A stretch of DNA of 64,000 nucleotides from assembly GCA_963713865.1 (NCBI GenBank), contig OY970208.1, positions 32,001 to 96,000 of the forward strand, written 5' to 3'. Under the pieces are notes generated by a model. The model saw only the letters and a program-made list of their open reading frames with translations. It was not told the origin of the DNA and made no database searches. Positions 51,147 to 60,792 of the stretch are shown one piece after another. Each line of letters begins with the position of its first letter. The stretch's first letter is position 1. Source of the stretch: an uncultured candidate division Zixibacteria bacterium. Its GTDB lineage: Bacteria > Zixibacteria > MSB-5A5 > RBG-16-43-9. The position numbers and the translations under genes were made by a program.

Positions 51147-51743
51147 TCAAACCAGCGACCCCTCAACCCTGGCTTTCCTCAAGCAGTTATCGCAGAACTT
51201 CTCATTTTTTCGGTCAGTCTCTAAAAGCGAATTGGAGAAATACATCACACACCGAGGATTGGGACAATGCTTAAACCCTATCAGATGACCCAGCTCATGC
51301 ACTGCCTCTTTGGACAAACGGGAGAAATAGAGACCCTCCTCATCTGTGGCGTCATAGTTCTCCTGTTTAAGCCGAAAAAGGGAGATCACCGCCACCTTGC
51401 TTAAAGGGTCAGCCTCTCCAAAGACGAAATTCAGGGAAGGAACGTATAGGTCTTCATCGATTACCCCCAGGATCTTCTCACGGGGATTAGCCCTTAATAA
51501 ATCCAGTTTATTCAGGATAACTGTGGAATAATACTGCCCTCTTTGCTGGTTATATGCCTCCTGGGGAATCCTGATCCCCTGAAGAATATCCACTGCGGCG
51601 TTAAAAATCGAGACCAGGCTGGTGGCTAATTTATTTACTATCCCGTAATCCACGTCCCCTAAAGGGATGACCACGATCTTGCTTTTGGTGCTGACTGCCT
51701 TTTTTTCAATCATCTCTCTTTCTGCCTTAATCAGCCATTCCAC
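51147..51743 (-). CDS. Archaemetzincin family Zn metalloprotease
   Basis: LNFVFGEA, HELGHLIGFKHC, CVM, FCDNC. Confidence 0.9.
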   Translation of the reverse strand: MEWLIKAEREMIEKKAVSTKSKIVVIPLGDVDYGIVNKLATSLVSIFNAAVDILQGIRIPQEAYNQQRGQYYSTVILNKLDLLRANPREKILGVIDEDLYVPSLNFVFGEADPLSKVAVISLFRLKQENYDATDEEGLYFSRLSKEAVHELGHLIGFKHCPNPRCVMYFSNSLLETDRKNEKFCDNCLRKARVEGSLV

Positions 51744-51929
51744 ATCGTTTCTATGTTAATCATAAGCATAAATGAAAAAATGTCAATACCTTTTTTGAAA
51801 CTTTTTCGGGTTTTCTCCAATAATATGTTGTTCGTATTGCTATATACCCATCCATAATTTTTCAAAACCTACGAAAAATGTAGGGGCAGGTTTCAAACCT
51901 GCCCCTACGACTAAAGAAAAACGTAAAAT

Positions 51930-51955
51930 AAAAAATCCCGCCAGAGACGGGATTT
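51930..51955 (-). terminator. Rho-independent terminator after the response regulator
   Basis: Minus strand AAATCCCGTC-TCT-GGCGGGATTTTTT. Confidence 0.65.
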
Positions 51956-51984
51956 CTAAAAACTACTTTTTGAAGAAGGGGGGA

Positions 51985-52419
51985 CTATTTATTCATACTC
52001 ATCAGCACAATTCTCACAATCTCTAAAAGCCGGTCGCAGCTGAAGGGCTTTTTGATATACATATCTCCCCCTACCCTGAAGCTCCTCCCTTCATCCGATT
52101 TGGCATCCTTACCGGTGAGGAATATAACCGGGATATTTTCGGTCTCTTTATTCTTCTTTAGCTCATCGCATACCTCGTAACCATCCATAAAAGGCATCAT
52201 TATATCCAAAAGGATCAGGTCCGGCTTGAAGTTCTTGGCTCTTTCGATCCCCATGACGCTGGAATTCTCTATCATTACCTGATAACCAGCATCCTTAAGA
52301 AAGGTCTCGACTATCTCGGTGATTTCCGCCTCGTCGTCTATCACCAGTATCCTGGCAGACTTAGTCTTCTTTTCAAGTTTAGTCGAGCTCATATGTAAAG
52401 CATCCTTAGAGAAATCCAT
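51985..52419 (-). CDS. Single-domain response regulator
   Basis: ILVIDDE, LLDIMMPFMDG, FLTG, KPF. Confidence 0.92.
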   Translation of the reverse strand: MDFSKDALHMSSTKLEKKTKSARILVIDDEAEITEIVETFLKDAGYQVMIENSSVMGIERAKNFKPDLILLDIMMPFMDGYEVCDELKKNKETENIPVIFLTGKDAKSDEGRSFRVGGDMYIKKPFSCDRLLEIVRIVLMSMNK

Positions 52420-52433
52420 ACTGCCCCCTTATC

Positions 52434-53234
52434 TTATTTAGTTAAAAGCCTCTGGTAAAATTCGGGCCTGCGATCTTCAAATATGAAATTATTTTCAGTA
52501 ATCTTCTTGTCCCGGGCTAAAAGAGGATTTATCTCTATTGATCCGATCTCTTCCCTACCCTGGCCTGCCCTTAAAAGGACCCTCCCCTCGGGATCAGTTA
52601 TCTGGCTCTTGCCGGTGAAGGAAAGTGTCCTCTCAGCTCTGTTTTCAGATCCAATCCGGTTACACGTGATCGTAAATACTCTATTCTCTAAACTTCGTGT
52701 GAGCATAGCCTCTTGTGCATAAGGCAAAACTAAATTCGAAGGATGACAGATAATATCTGCACCCTTTAAGGCTAAGATCCTGGACACTTCTGGAAAAAGC
52801 CAGTCAAAACAGACCATTATTCCTAACCCGAACTTACCACACTCAAAAACCTCCGGCTCTTTATCCCCGGGAGTAAAAAGAAATTTTTCCTGCTCAAAAA
52901 GATGAAGCTTGCGATATATTCCTTTTACCCCTTCAGGCGCAAGAAAAACCGCTGAGTTGTAAATCCTGTCATCATCTTCTTCGGCTATACCATATACCAG
53001 GCTGATTCTCCTTTTCTGGCAGAGACGAAACAAGAAGTCAGTAGTTTTTCCGTCCGGTACTTTCTCAGCTAAACTTTTCAACTCTGTTTTGTCTGCGAAA
53101 ATATACCCGGTATTAAAAAGTTCAGGTAAAACTAAAAGGTCTGCTTCTGCTTTTTCGATATAGCCTTCTGCCTTTTTGAGATTTTCCTCTTTTTTGCCAA
53201 AGAACGGAAAAATCTGGATAAAACCGACTTTCAA
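52434..53234 (-). CDS. Nitrilase/carbon-nitrogen hydrolase
   Basis: LPELFNTGY, YRKLHL, VCFDW (E-K-C triad). Confidence 0.92.
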   Translation of the reverse strand: MKVGFIQIFPFFGKKEENLKKAEGYIEKAEADLLVLPELFNTGYIFADKTELKSLAEKVPDGKTTDFLFRLCQKRRISLVYGIAEEDDDRIYNSAVFLAPEGVKGIYRKLHLFEQEKFLFTPGDKEPEVFECGKFGLGIMVCFDWLFPEVSRILALKGADIICHPSNLVLPYAQEAMLTRSLENRVFTITCNRIGSENRAERTLSFTGKSQITDPEGRVLLRAGQGREEIGSIEINPLLARDKKITENNFIFEDRRPEFYQRLLTK

Positions 53235-53311
53235 TTCATCCTCCTTTTTATTTTCGACTTAATTTATCAATATCTTTAGCTCAAAACGGTTTTGTAGAGC
53301 TCAAAGACGGT

Positions 53312-54703
53312 TTAAAGCACTATCTCCTCACCTCGATCCGGTATTCTAACGTTTTGTATGCCAACAGATTCGATTGACTCTTTCAAGGCTTGGGATTCTT
53401 TTTCCTCCCCATGTACCAGAAAAACTCCTTTAAGATTTTTCTGAGCTTGCTCTGCATATAGCAGAAGTTCGTTTTTGTCTGCATGGGCTGAAAAGGAATT
53501 CAACACCACTACCTCTGACTCAAGGTTATATTCTTCTCCGAATATTTTCACCACTGGATATTTCTCCACTATCCTCCTGCCCAGGGTATTTTCAGCCATA
53601 TACCCGACTACCAGGATGGTATTCCTTGGATCTTCAATATTGTTCTTGAGATGATGTAATATCCTCCCTCCTTCGCACATGCCCGAACCAGAAATAATCA
53701 TACAGGATTCATCCAGCCTGTTCAGCTTTTTTGATTCTTCGGGATCGGTAATGTAAGTAATCCTTTTCAATCCAAAAGGGTCTTCCTCTTTTTCCAGAAT
53801 CATTTTAGTTTCTTTATCAAAGCATTCCGGGTGAAGTTTAAAAACTTCAGTTACATTGACTGCTAAAGGACTATCCACATAAACCGGCAATTTCGGTATC
53901 CTGCCTTCTTTTTCCAGGAGGTGCAGGCAGTAAATAATCTCCTGGGTCCTCTCTAAGGCAAAAGCAGGAACGATTATCTTCCCTCCTCTCTGGTAAGTTC
54001 GGTTGATTGTTTGAGCCAGCCTCTCTGCTGTGGTGCTGAAATCATCGTGTAACCTGCTTCCATAGGTACTTTCCAGGATAAGATAATCTATGTCCTTAAC
54101 CTGGAACGGATCTTTCAATATGGGCATCTTCTTTCTGCCTAAATCAACTGCATATAAAATCCTGGTCTTTTTCCCATTTTCAAAAACTTCAAAATAACTC
54201 AGAGCTGAGCCTAAGATATGGCCGGCATCGTAAAAAGTCACTCTAACATTCGGGGTTATGTAGAAAAACCTGTTGTAGGCTATTCCTTTGAACTGCTCTA
54301 AAGATTTTTCTGCTTCTTCAACCGTATAAAGCGGAGATATTATTTGAACTCCTTTTTTCTTGTTTCTTTTATTAAGATATTCTGCATCTTTCTCCTGCAG
54401 ATTTGCTGAATCCCTGAGCATAAGCAGACACAGGTCCCGGGTAGCAAATGTGGAATAGATTGTATTCCTGTATCCATTTTTTACCAGGGTAGGGATATTC
54501 CCGGAATGGTCAAGATGAGCATGCGACAAAACCATACGCTCTATGGTTTGAGGCTCAAAAGGTAAGCTTTTGTTTCTCTGGTTTGATTCCTCTCTTCTTC
54601 CCTGGAAAAGCCCGCAGTCGATTAAAACCTTTTTACCCTCGGACTCTAAGATATGCATCGAGCCGGTTACCGATTTTGTCCCGCCTAAAAATTTTATCTT
54701 CAA
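53312..54703 (-). CDS. MBL-fold beta-CASP ribonuclease
   Basis: SHAHLDHSG, AGHILGS, ESTYG, SAHAD, VHGE. Confidence 0.9.
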   Translation of the reverse strand: MKIKFLGGTKSVTGSMHILESEGKKVLIDCGLFQGRREESNQRNKSLPFEPQTIERMVLSHAHLDHSGNIPTLVKNGYRNTIYSTFATRDLCLLMLRDSANLQEKDAEYLNKRNKKKGVQIISPLYTVEEAEKSLEQFKGIAYNRFFYITPNVRVTFYDAGHILGSALSYFEVFENGKKTRILYAVDLGRKKMPILKDPFQVKDIDYLILESTYGSRLHDDFSTTAERLAQTINRTYQRGGKIIVPAFALERTQEIIYCLHLLEKEGRIPKLPVYVDSPLAVNVTEVFKLHPECFDKETKMILEKEEDPFGLKRITYITDPEESKKLNRLDESCMIISGSGMCEGGRILHHLKNNIEDPRNTILVVGYMAENTLGRRIVEKYPVVKIFGEEYNLESEVVVLNSFSAHADKNELLLYAEQAQKNLKGVFLVHGEEKESQALKESIESVGIQNVRIPDRGEEIVL

Positions 54704-55116
54704 ACCAACCTCCCAATAGTAATTGACTTATTCCTCAGCCTTTTTCTAACCCTTTCAACATAATTTAAACTTCAAACACTGTCAAACTAAAATTTTTTTT
54801 AGATGACCCCACCTTGAGGACAAGGTGGGGTTACCGATTATGGTAGAACAGACATCTTGTCTGTTTATACGGATACAGAAGACTAAAATCCCGCAACGAC
54901 GCAATCGTTTCTGATAATAAGAAAGCAAGATTTCTCTTTATTTTTAATTTAAACTATTTTATTATTTAAACTCAGAATAGTAATCTTCCCGCCTTGAGGG
55001 CAAGGCGGGATTACCGTGCTACCGGAATCCGGTAGACCCAGAGCCTGCCCGTAGGGTTGCCCTCAACCTGGGCTATGATCTTATTTTTTAAAAGAATGGG
55101 GTCGTAAGGATTATAT

Positions 55117-56148
55117 ATGAAGAAAATAAATATAAAAGGTCTCTGGATAGAAGAATTAGAAGGCATACTGGATAAATTAGGTGAGAAAAAGTATAAAGCT
55201 AAGCAGTTAGTCAAGTGGATTTATAATAAAGGGTCATCGGATTTCGAGCAGATGACCGACCTGTCCAAAGAGCTTAGAAAAAAATTAGCTGGGATCGCAT
55301 TTATTGATAAATTAAAGCTTATAAAAAAACAGACCTCCAGGATCGACCAAACTGAGAAATTCCTGTTTGAGCTTTCCGATGGCAAAAAAATAGAAACTGT
55401 CCTGATGCGAGAAAAAGATAGGGTAACTCTCTGTATCTCTACCCAGGTTGGCTGTGCTTTAAACTGTATCTTCTGCGCTACTGGTTCAATGGGATTTGAA
55501 AGAAATCTCTCTGCCGGAGAAATAGTTGATCAGATCATCTGTGCAAAAGAATTCTTGAAGGAAGATGAAAGAATTACCAATTTAGTGATAATGGGGATGG
55601 GCGAGCCTTTGTTGAACTATGGCAATACGATCAAAGCTGCAAGAATTATCCAGTCGGAAATAGGTTTATCCATCTCTGCAAAAAGGATAACCCTTTCCAC
55701 AGCCGGAATCGTTCCCCAAATTTACAAATTAGCAGATGCAGGACTGAAGATAAAATTAGCCTTATCTCTAAACGCTCCGGATGACGAGCTTAGAAAAAAA
55801 CTTATGCCCATAACAAAAACATATCCTCTATCCAAAGTTATGGAGGCTTTGAAATATTATACCGAGAAAACTGACACCCGCATAACTTTTGAATATGTTC
55901 TGATAAAAGATATAAACGATTCAAAGGAACAAGCCTTAGAGCTGGCAAAACTGGTAAGAGGAATCCCCTGTAAGATAAATCTGATCCCCTATAATCCTGT
56001 TAAAAACTGTCCTTTTGAAAAACCAGATGAAGAGACTTTACAGAAATTCAGGGATATACTATATCCCCGAGCACCTGCGGTAACTTTGCGCAAAAGCAAA
56101 GGAGAGGATATTCAAGCAGCCTGTGGACAATTGAAAGGTAATAGGTAG
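55117..56148 (+). CDS. rlmN: 23S rRNA m2A2503 methyltransferase RlmN
   Basis: CISTQVGCALNCIFCATG, MGMGEPLLN, AACGQL. Confidence 0.95.
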   Translation: MKKINIKGLWIEELEGILDKLGEKKYKAKQLVKWIYNKGSSDFEQMTDLSKELRKKLAGIAFIDKLKLIKKQTSRIDQTEKFLFELSDGKKIETVLMREKDRVTLCISTQVGCALNCIFCATGSMGFERNLSAGEIVDQIICAKEFLKEDERITNLVIMGMGEPLLNYGNTIKAARIIQSEIGLSISAKRITLSTAGIVPQIYKLADAGLKIKLALSLNAPDDELRKKLMPITKTYPLSKVMEALKYYTEKTDTRITFEYVLIKDINDSKEQALELAKLVRGIPCKINLIPYNPVKNCPFEKPDEETLQKFRDILYPRAPAVTLRKSKGEDIQAACGQLKGNR

Positions 56149-56252
56149 CGTGTAGGGGCGACCCGGCGGGTCGCACCTACAGATTTTCGTAATGCAACCC
56201 TTGCAGGGTCGCCCGAGCGAGGCTGAAAGTCTTAAGACCTTGAGGCCTCGCA

Positions 56253-56675
56253 CTACAATCTTCTTCTACATTTCTTCAAATAACTTTCTAATTCTTTCAA
56301 GGAACAAAATACTTTTTTCGAGAGAAATTTCACCACCCAGTTTTCTTTTAAAGGCGAGATCGTCCAAACCGGAATTTTCTTTTGATGGCACTCCCACATT
56401 TCAACCGCAGTACCCATGCTTGCTTCTGGCAGGTAAGCAATGACTAAATCCGAGCAAAGAGCTTCTTCAATACACTTGTGGAAAACTCTCTTACCAGTTT
56501 TATAAGTGTAATAAGCTGACCTCGGATGAACCGAAACCGGATCGATAATTCTGGCTTCAGGAAAATATTTTTTCAGAATCTTTTTTAAATCTTTTCTATA
56601 ATCCTGATTATGCAAAACCTTCCCCTTTTTAGACCCCTGGATAATTCCGGCGATGAAAATGGTTTTAATCTTCAT
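56253..56675 (-). CDS. Nucleoside 2-deoxyribosyltransferase-like protein (start likely 56675)
   Basis: IFIAG, SDLVIAYL, ASMGTAVEM. Confidence 0.6.
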   Translation of the reverse strand: MKIKTIFIAGIIQGSKKGKVLHNQDYRKDLKKILKKYFPEARIIDPVSVHPRSAYYTYKTGKRVFHKCIEEALCSDLVIAYLPEASMGTAVEMWECHQKKIPVWTISPLKENWVVKFLSKKVFCSLKELESYLKKCRRRL

Positions 56676-56791
56676 AAATTTTCTTTGTCCGACAGAAACG
56701 CCGGACCTTGCAATTATCCCTCTCCTTTCCAAGGAGAGGGATAGGGAAAGGTGGGCTACCAGCTACTTGCTACACGCTACAAGCTTTTTCT

Positions 56792-57781
56792 TTATGCCAA
56801 ATTCATCGCTATTGCTACCACGTTCACAATATCCTCCACGCTGCATCCTCTGGATAAATCATTGGCTGGCTTAGCCAAACCCTGAATTATTGGACCTATC
56901 GCCTCAGCTTTGGCTAATCTCTGAACCAACTTATAGGCAATATTGCCTGCATTTAAATCCGGGAAGATTAAAACGTTAGCCTCACCTTTTAAAATACTAT
57001 CCGGACATTTTTTCTGGGCAACTTTTGGAATGATAGCCGCATCTCCCTGTAATTCCCCATCGATTTTAAAACTTGGCTCTTGTTCTCTGGCAAGTTTAGT
57101 TGCCTCCAAAACTTTATCTATCATCTCATGTTCGGCACTTCCCTTGGTGGAGAATGAGAGCATAGCCACTTTGGGCTCTTCTCCCACCAGATCCCGCATC
57201 GTCTTAGCACAGGATAAAGCAATAGAAGCTAATTGTTTTGGATCAGGGTTTGGAAGAACCGCACAATCACCAAATACAAAAATTTTATCTTTAATCCCCA
57301 AGAATTCTGGTACTACCATTATAAAAGAACTGGAAACCGTATTGATACCCGGCGCTAGCCCGATGATATGCAATCCTGCTCGCAAAACGTCTCCGGTAGT
57401 ATTAATAGAGCCAGCCACAAACCCGTCCACCTCGTTTTTCCTGACCAGCATCGCCCCATAAAATAAGGGATTTAGCATAATCTTTTTAGCCTCTTCCCTG
57501 GTCATCCCCTTTTTCTCCCTTATACGAAAATATTCCTCAGTATATTCCCCGTATTTAGGAGAAGTTGCTGGATCAATAACCTTAACTTTATTCAAATCCA
57601 AACCGAAAGTCTTACTGAGTTCCTCTATCTTTTTCTTTTCACCTAAAAGCGTTACCTCTGCAATCTTCTCAGAAACGATCTCCTTAGCCGCCTTAATCAT
57701 CCTTTCTTCAGTCCCTTCTGGCAGAACCACCCTTTTGTGCTTGGCTTTAGCCTTTTCCCTTATCTGTTTTATGATCTCCAT
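56792..57781 (-). CDS. pta: Phosphate acetyltransferase
   Basis: VLPEG, DGELQGDAA, FPDLNAGNIAYK, NDLSRGC. Confidence 0.95.
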   Translation of the reverse strand: MEIIKQIREKAKAKHKRVVLPEGTEERMIKAAKEIVSEKIAEVTLLGEKKKIEELSKTFGLDLNKVKVIDPATSPKYGEYTEEYFRIREKKGMTREEAKKIMLNPLFYGAMLVRKNEVDGFVAGSINTTGDVLRAGLHIIGLAPGINTVSSSFIMVVPEFLGIKDKIFVFGDCAVLPNPDPKQLASIALSCAKTMRDLVGEEPKVAMLSFSTKGSAEHEMIDKVLEATKLAREQEPSFKIDGELQGDAAIIPKVAQKKCPDSILKGEANVLIFPDLNAGNIAYKLVQRLAKAEAIGPIIQGLAKPANDLSRGCSVEDIVNVVAIAMNLA

Positions 57782-57881
57782 ACAGCTCCTTCAAGAATTT
57801 TGATGGTTATGGGTGTTTTATGTTTTCTCGATCCTCAGTCTATAGAGGGTTATTACAATATTTACGTTAATCCTTCGATAA

Positions 57882-58178
57882 TTATCCTTCATCTCTGAAA
57901 AGGGAATCCCATTTCTTTTTCAGATCCTCTTTGGAAAGAGGTCCATTGCTGGCAACTTTGTTTTGTTTCATCCTTGGCTCAAAGAACTCGCAGAAATTAC
58001 CTTTCTCCTTATATCTAACCCATTCAGCCTCCGGCTCGTGACATTGATGGTGAGCATCTTTATCGTAAAGCTGGCAGTTATAACAGCATTTTAAATCTAT
58101 TCCGCAGTTTGGGCAGGCATCCTTGCGACCTATCTTTTCTGGAACCTCCACCTCTTTTTTACAGCTCCAGCAAATCAT
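57882..58178 (-). CDS. Small Cys-rich (Zn-ribbon) hypothetical protein
   Basis: CWSC, CPNC, CCYNC, NFCEFF. Confidence 0.75.
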   Translation of the reverse strand: MICWSCKKEVEVPEKIGRKDACPNCGIDLKCCYNCQLYDKDAHHQCHEPEAEWVRYKEKGNFCEFFEPRMKQNKVASNGPLSKEDLKKKWDSLFRDEG

Positions 58179-58196
58179 AAAATTCTCCTCTAAACT

Positions 58197-59297
58197 TTAT
58201 TTATCTTTTAGATCGATTTCAGTCTCAACTTTTTGATAATTGGCAGAAGGATATGAAAAATAGAACTTGTTTGAATCACTCGACCATCTAAAATCTGAAA
58301 TCGGACGATCGGTTATAACCTTATAGGTTTTAATTAACTCTATCTTTTCTGGTTCTGTAAACTCATAAAAGTTGATGTATTTTCCCGAATCATTTGCTCT
58401 TAATATGGCTAAATGGCTACCATTAGGCGACCAGATGGGGTTAGAAAATTTAAGGCTATCAAAGTAGTCAAATAATAGTAAAACCCTGCTTATAACATCA
58501 AAAACCCCAAGAAAACTCAACGACTCTCCTCCAATGAGAACGATCCGATTATTATGCGGGGAAGGGGCAATCTGTGAAATATAAAAATATCTATCTTTCG
58601 CAAAATCCTGGAATTTTTTCCCTAAGCCTTCAGCAAGCTTTGGTAGGTCAGCTAATTTCAAAATTGGCTCTCTTTCAGTAGATACATATAAATCGCTAAC
58701 TCCCCAGCCTGTGTAAAAGCTCACATCAGAACTGATTGGTTCTTTAATAGTCGATAATTCCTCTAAACAAATTTTTTGTCTCCCCTGTTGAACTGGTTTC
58801 CAATAGCAGTAAACTTGATAGCAATCCGTTCCCTGAATTTTCTCCAAACTATCACCTATAGCTGCGTAAATAATGTTCTTGGATTTTAGATCTATCACTT
58901 GTATACCACCAGAAATATAATAACAATCCATTAAAATCACGAAGATAAAATCCTTTCCCCTGAATGAATTCCACAACAAGGTATCCGTACTGATCTCAAA
59001 TTTATGCAGAAAAGTCCTTTCTCTACCATCCACCTTGCAGTAGTAAACGTCCCTTCCCTCACTCTCAAAACCCAAATAATTACTGGTGGTATAAGCTACA
59101 TATTTCTCATCCGGAGAAAGGACTATGGTATTGGGTGACTGGGGTTCCCATTGCCTGACAATCTGAAATTTTTCGCCGCTTTCCAATTGTGTACAATAAT
59201 AACCATTTTCCAGTACTATTTTAACTTTACCCTCTCCTGAATAGGTAACACCCCAAGTTAAAAATAAAATTAAAAGTATGTGATTAATCCTGAACAT
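58197..59297 (-). CDS. Secreted TolB/WD40-like beta-propeller hypothetical protein
   Basis: Signal peptide, SPDEKYVAY, WSPNGSHLA and WSSDSNKFY repeats. Confidence 0.65.
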   Translation of the reverse strand: MFRINHILLILFLTWGVTYSGEGKVKIVLENGYYCTQLESGEKFQIVRQWEPQSPNTIVLSPDEKYVAYTTSNYLGFESEGRDVYYCKVDGRERTFLHKFEISTDTLLWNSFRGKDFIFVILMDCYYISGGIQVIDLKSKNIIYAAIGDSLEKIQGTDCYQVYCYWKPVQQGRQKICLEELSTIKEPISSDVSFYTGWGVSDLYVSTEREPILKLADLPKLAEGLGKKFQDFAKDRYFYISQIAPSPHNNRIVLIGGESLSFLGVFDVISRVLLLFDYFDSLKFSNPIWSPNGSHLAILRANDSGKYINFYEFTEPEKIELIKTYKVITDRPISDFRWSSDSNKFYFSYPSANYQKVETEIDLKDK

Positions 59298-59307
59298 CTA
59301 TTCAAAT

Positions 59308-60451
59308 CTATTTCTTAATTTCGTTTCTGCTTTTATCCTTTGAATCATCTTTTCCAACAGCAGAAGATTCTTTGGACTGGCTCAAGTATGACCGGATAAA
59401 ATCATCTATCTCTCCATCCATCACTGCCTGTCCATTTGAAGTCTCAAACCCGGTGCGGTGATCTTTGACCAGTATATAAGGATGAAAAACATAGGAGCGG
59501 ATCTGGCTGCCCCATTCGATCTTTTTTTTCTTCTTCTCCATCTCCTGAAGTTTTTCCTCTTCTTTTTCTTTATAGAATTGATACAGACGCGACTTCAAAA
59601 CTTTTAAGGCATTATCCTTGTTCTGGAACTGAGACCTTTCGGATTGACACTGCACCACAATCCCGGTAGGGAGATGGGTAATCCTCACCGCTGATGAGGT
59701 TTTGTTAATATGCTGCCCGCCGTGTCCTGATGCCCTGAAAGTATCTATTCTCAAATCATCCTCTTTTATTTCTACAGTGATATTATCTTCTATTTCGGGA
59801 TAAATGAAAACTGAGGCAAAAGAGGTATGTCTCCTCTTATTAGCATCAAAGGGCGATATCCTTACCAAACGATGAACCCCGCTTTCCGCTTTCAGGAATC
59901 CATAAGCATAATCACCTTTAACCTCTACCGTTGCGCTCTTTATTCCGGCTTCTTCTCCAGCTTGCAGATCGATTACCTCGCCTTTAAACCCTTTATTCTC
60001 TATCCATCTCAAATACATCCTTAAAAGCATCTGAGCCCAGTCCTGAGACTCAGTTCCTCCAGCCCCTGAATGGATTGCCAGAAGAGCGTTCTTGGGGTCA
60101 TCCTCCCCGGATAAAATAGTAGAGAATTCAAAATCCTCTATTTCTTCTTCTAATTTCTTAAACCCTTTATCCAGTTCAATTCTAAGTGCATCATCCTCCT
60201 GAGAAAGCTCATCCAATACCTGAACCTCTTCAAAATCTTTATTAAGCTTCTTCCACCTTTCGTTCAATTTCTTTATGAAGGTTATCTCTTTTAGAATCAA
60301 CTGGGCTTTTTCATTATCTTTCCAGAAGTCAGGCTCATGCGTCAACTTTTCTAAATCATCTAATTTCTTAGTCTTTTCTTTCAGGTCAAAGATACTCCCC
60401 TAATTTTTTTACCCTGTCTTTCAGTTCGTCTAAACTTTTCTCTTCAGGCAT
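59308..60451 (-). CDS. prfB: Peptide chain release factor 2 with programmed +1 frameshift
   Basis: ATG at 60451 (MPEEKSLDELKDRVKKLGEYL), then CTT TGA C shift site; SPF and GGQ motifs. Confidence 0.96.
60385..60401 (-). promoter_or_regulatory. RF2 autoregulatory frameshift signal
   Basis: AGGGGAG TAT CTT TGA C: internal SD-like sequence plus the canonical slippery stop. Confidence 0.93.
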
Positions 60452-60792
60452 AATACCTCCTTTTTCTCATAAAGTCTTAAAACTTAATATAAATTCATTT
60501 AAGCCAAAGTCAACTTCTTCTTTAAACTCAAATGGTTGTGACTTGGTAAATTCACGTTACCCTCAACGTGGATAATTTAATCCTGTCTTGATGACTAGAC
60601 AGAATTACTGAATAAAAGAAACTCAATCTAAGGTAGAACCAGTTTGCCAACAATCTAAATCAACCATCCAATTCTGTAAGCAAGATGGGGTTACTGTCAC
60701 TAATATTCTTTAAACTTGACAGTTCAAGAAAAGTAAGTAGATTAATCCTGTTTTTATGGTCCGTTTCTCGGATTTGAAAACTGTGATATTCT

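Noticed and set aside
53276-53313. AGCTCAAA..CGGTTT duplication resembling a CRISPR repeat fragment
   Set aside because: Only two short adjacent copies; a local duplication at a gene end.
60385-60401. In-frame TGA in prfB
   Set aside because: This is the well-known RF2 programmed +1 frameshift, not novel.
60520-60710. Possible structured RNA between prfB and rqcH
   Set aside because: Only one short hairpin (CTGTCT..AGACAG) between two divergent promoters; insufficient evidence.
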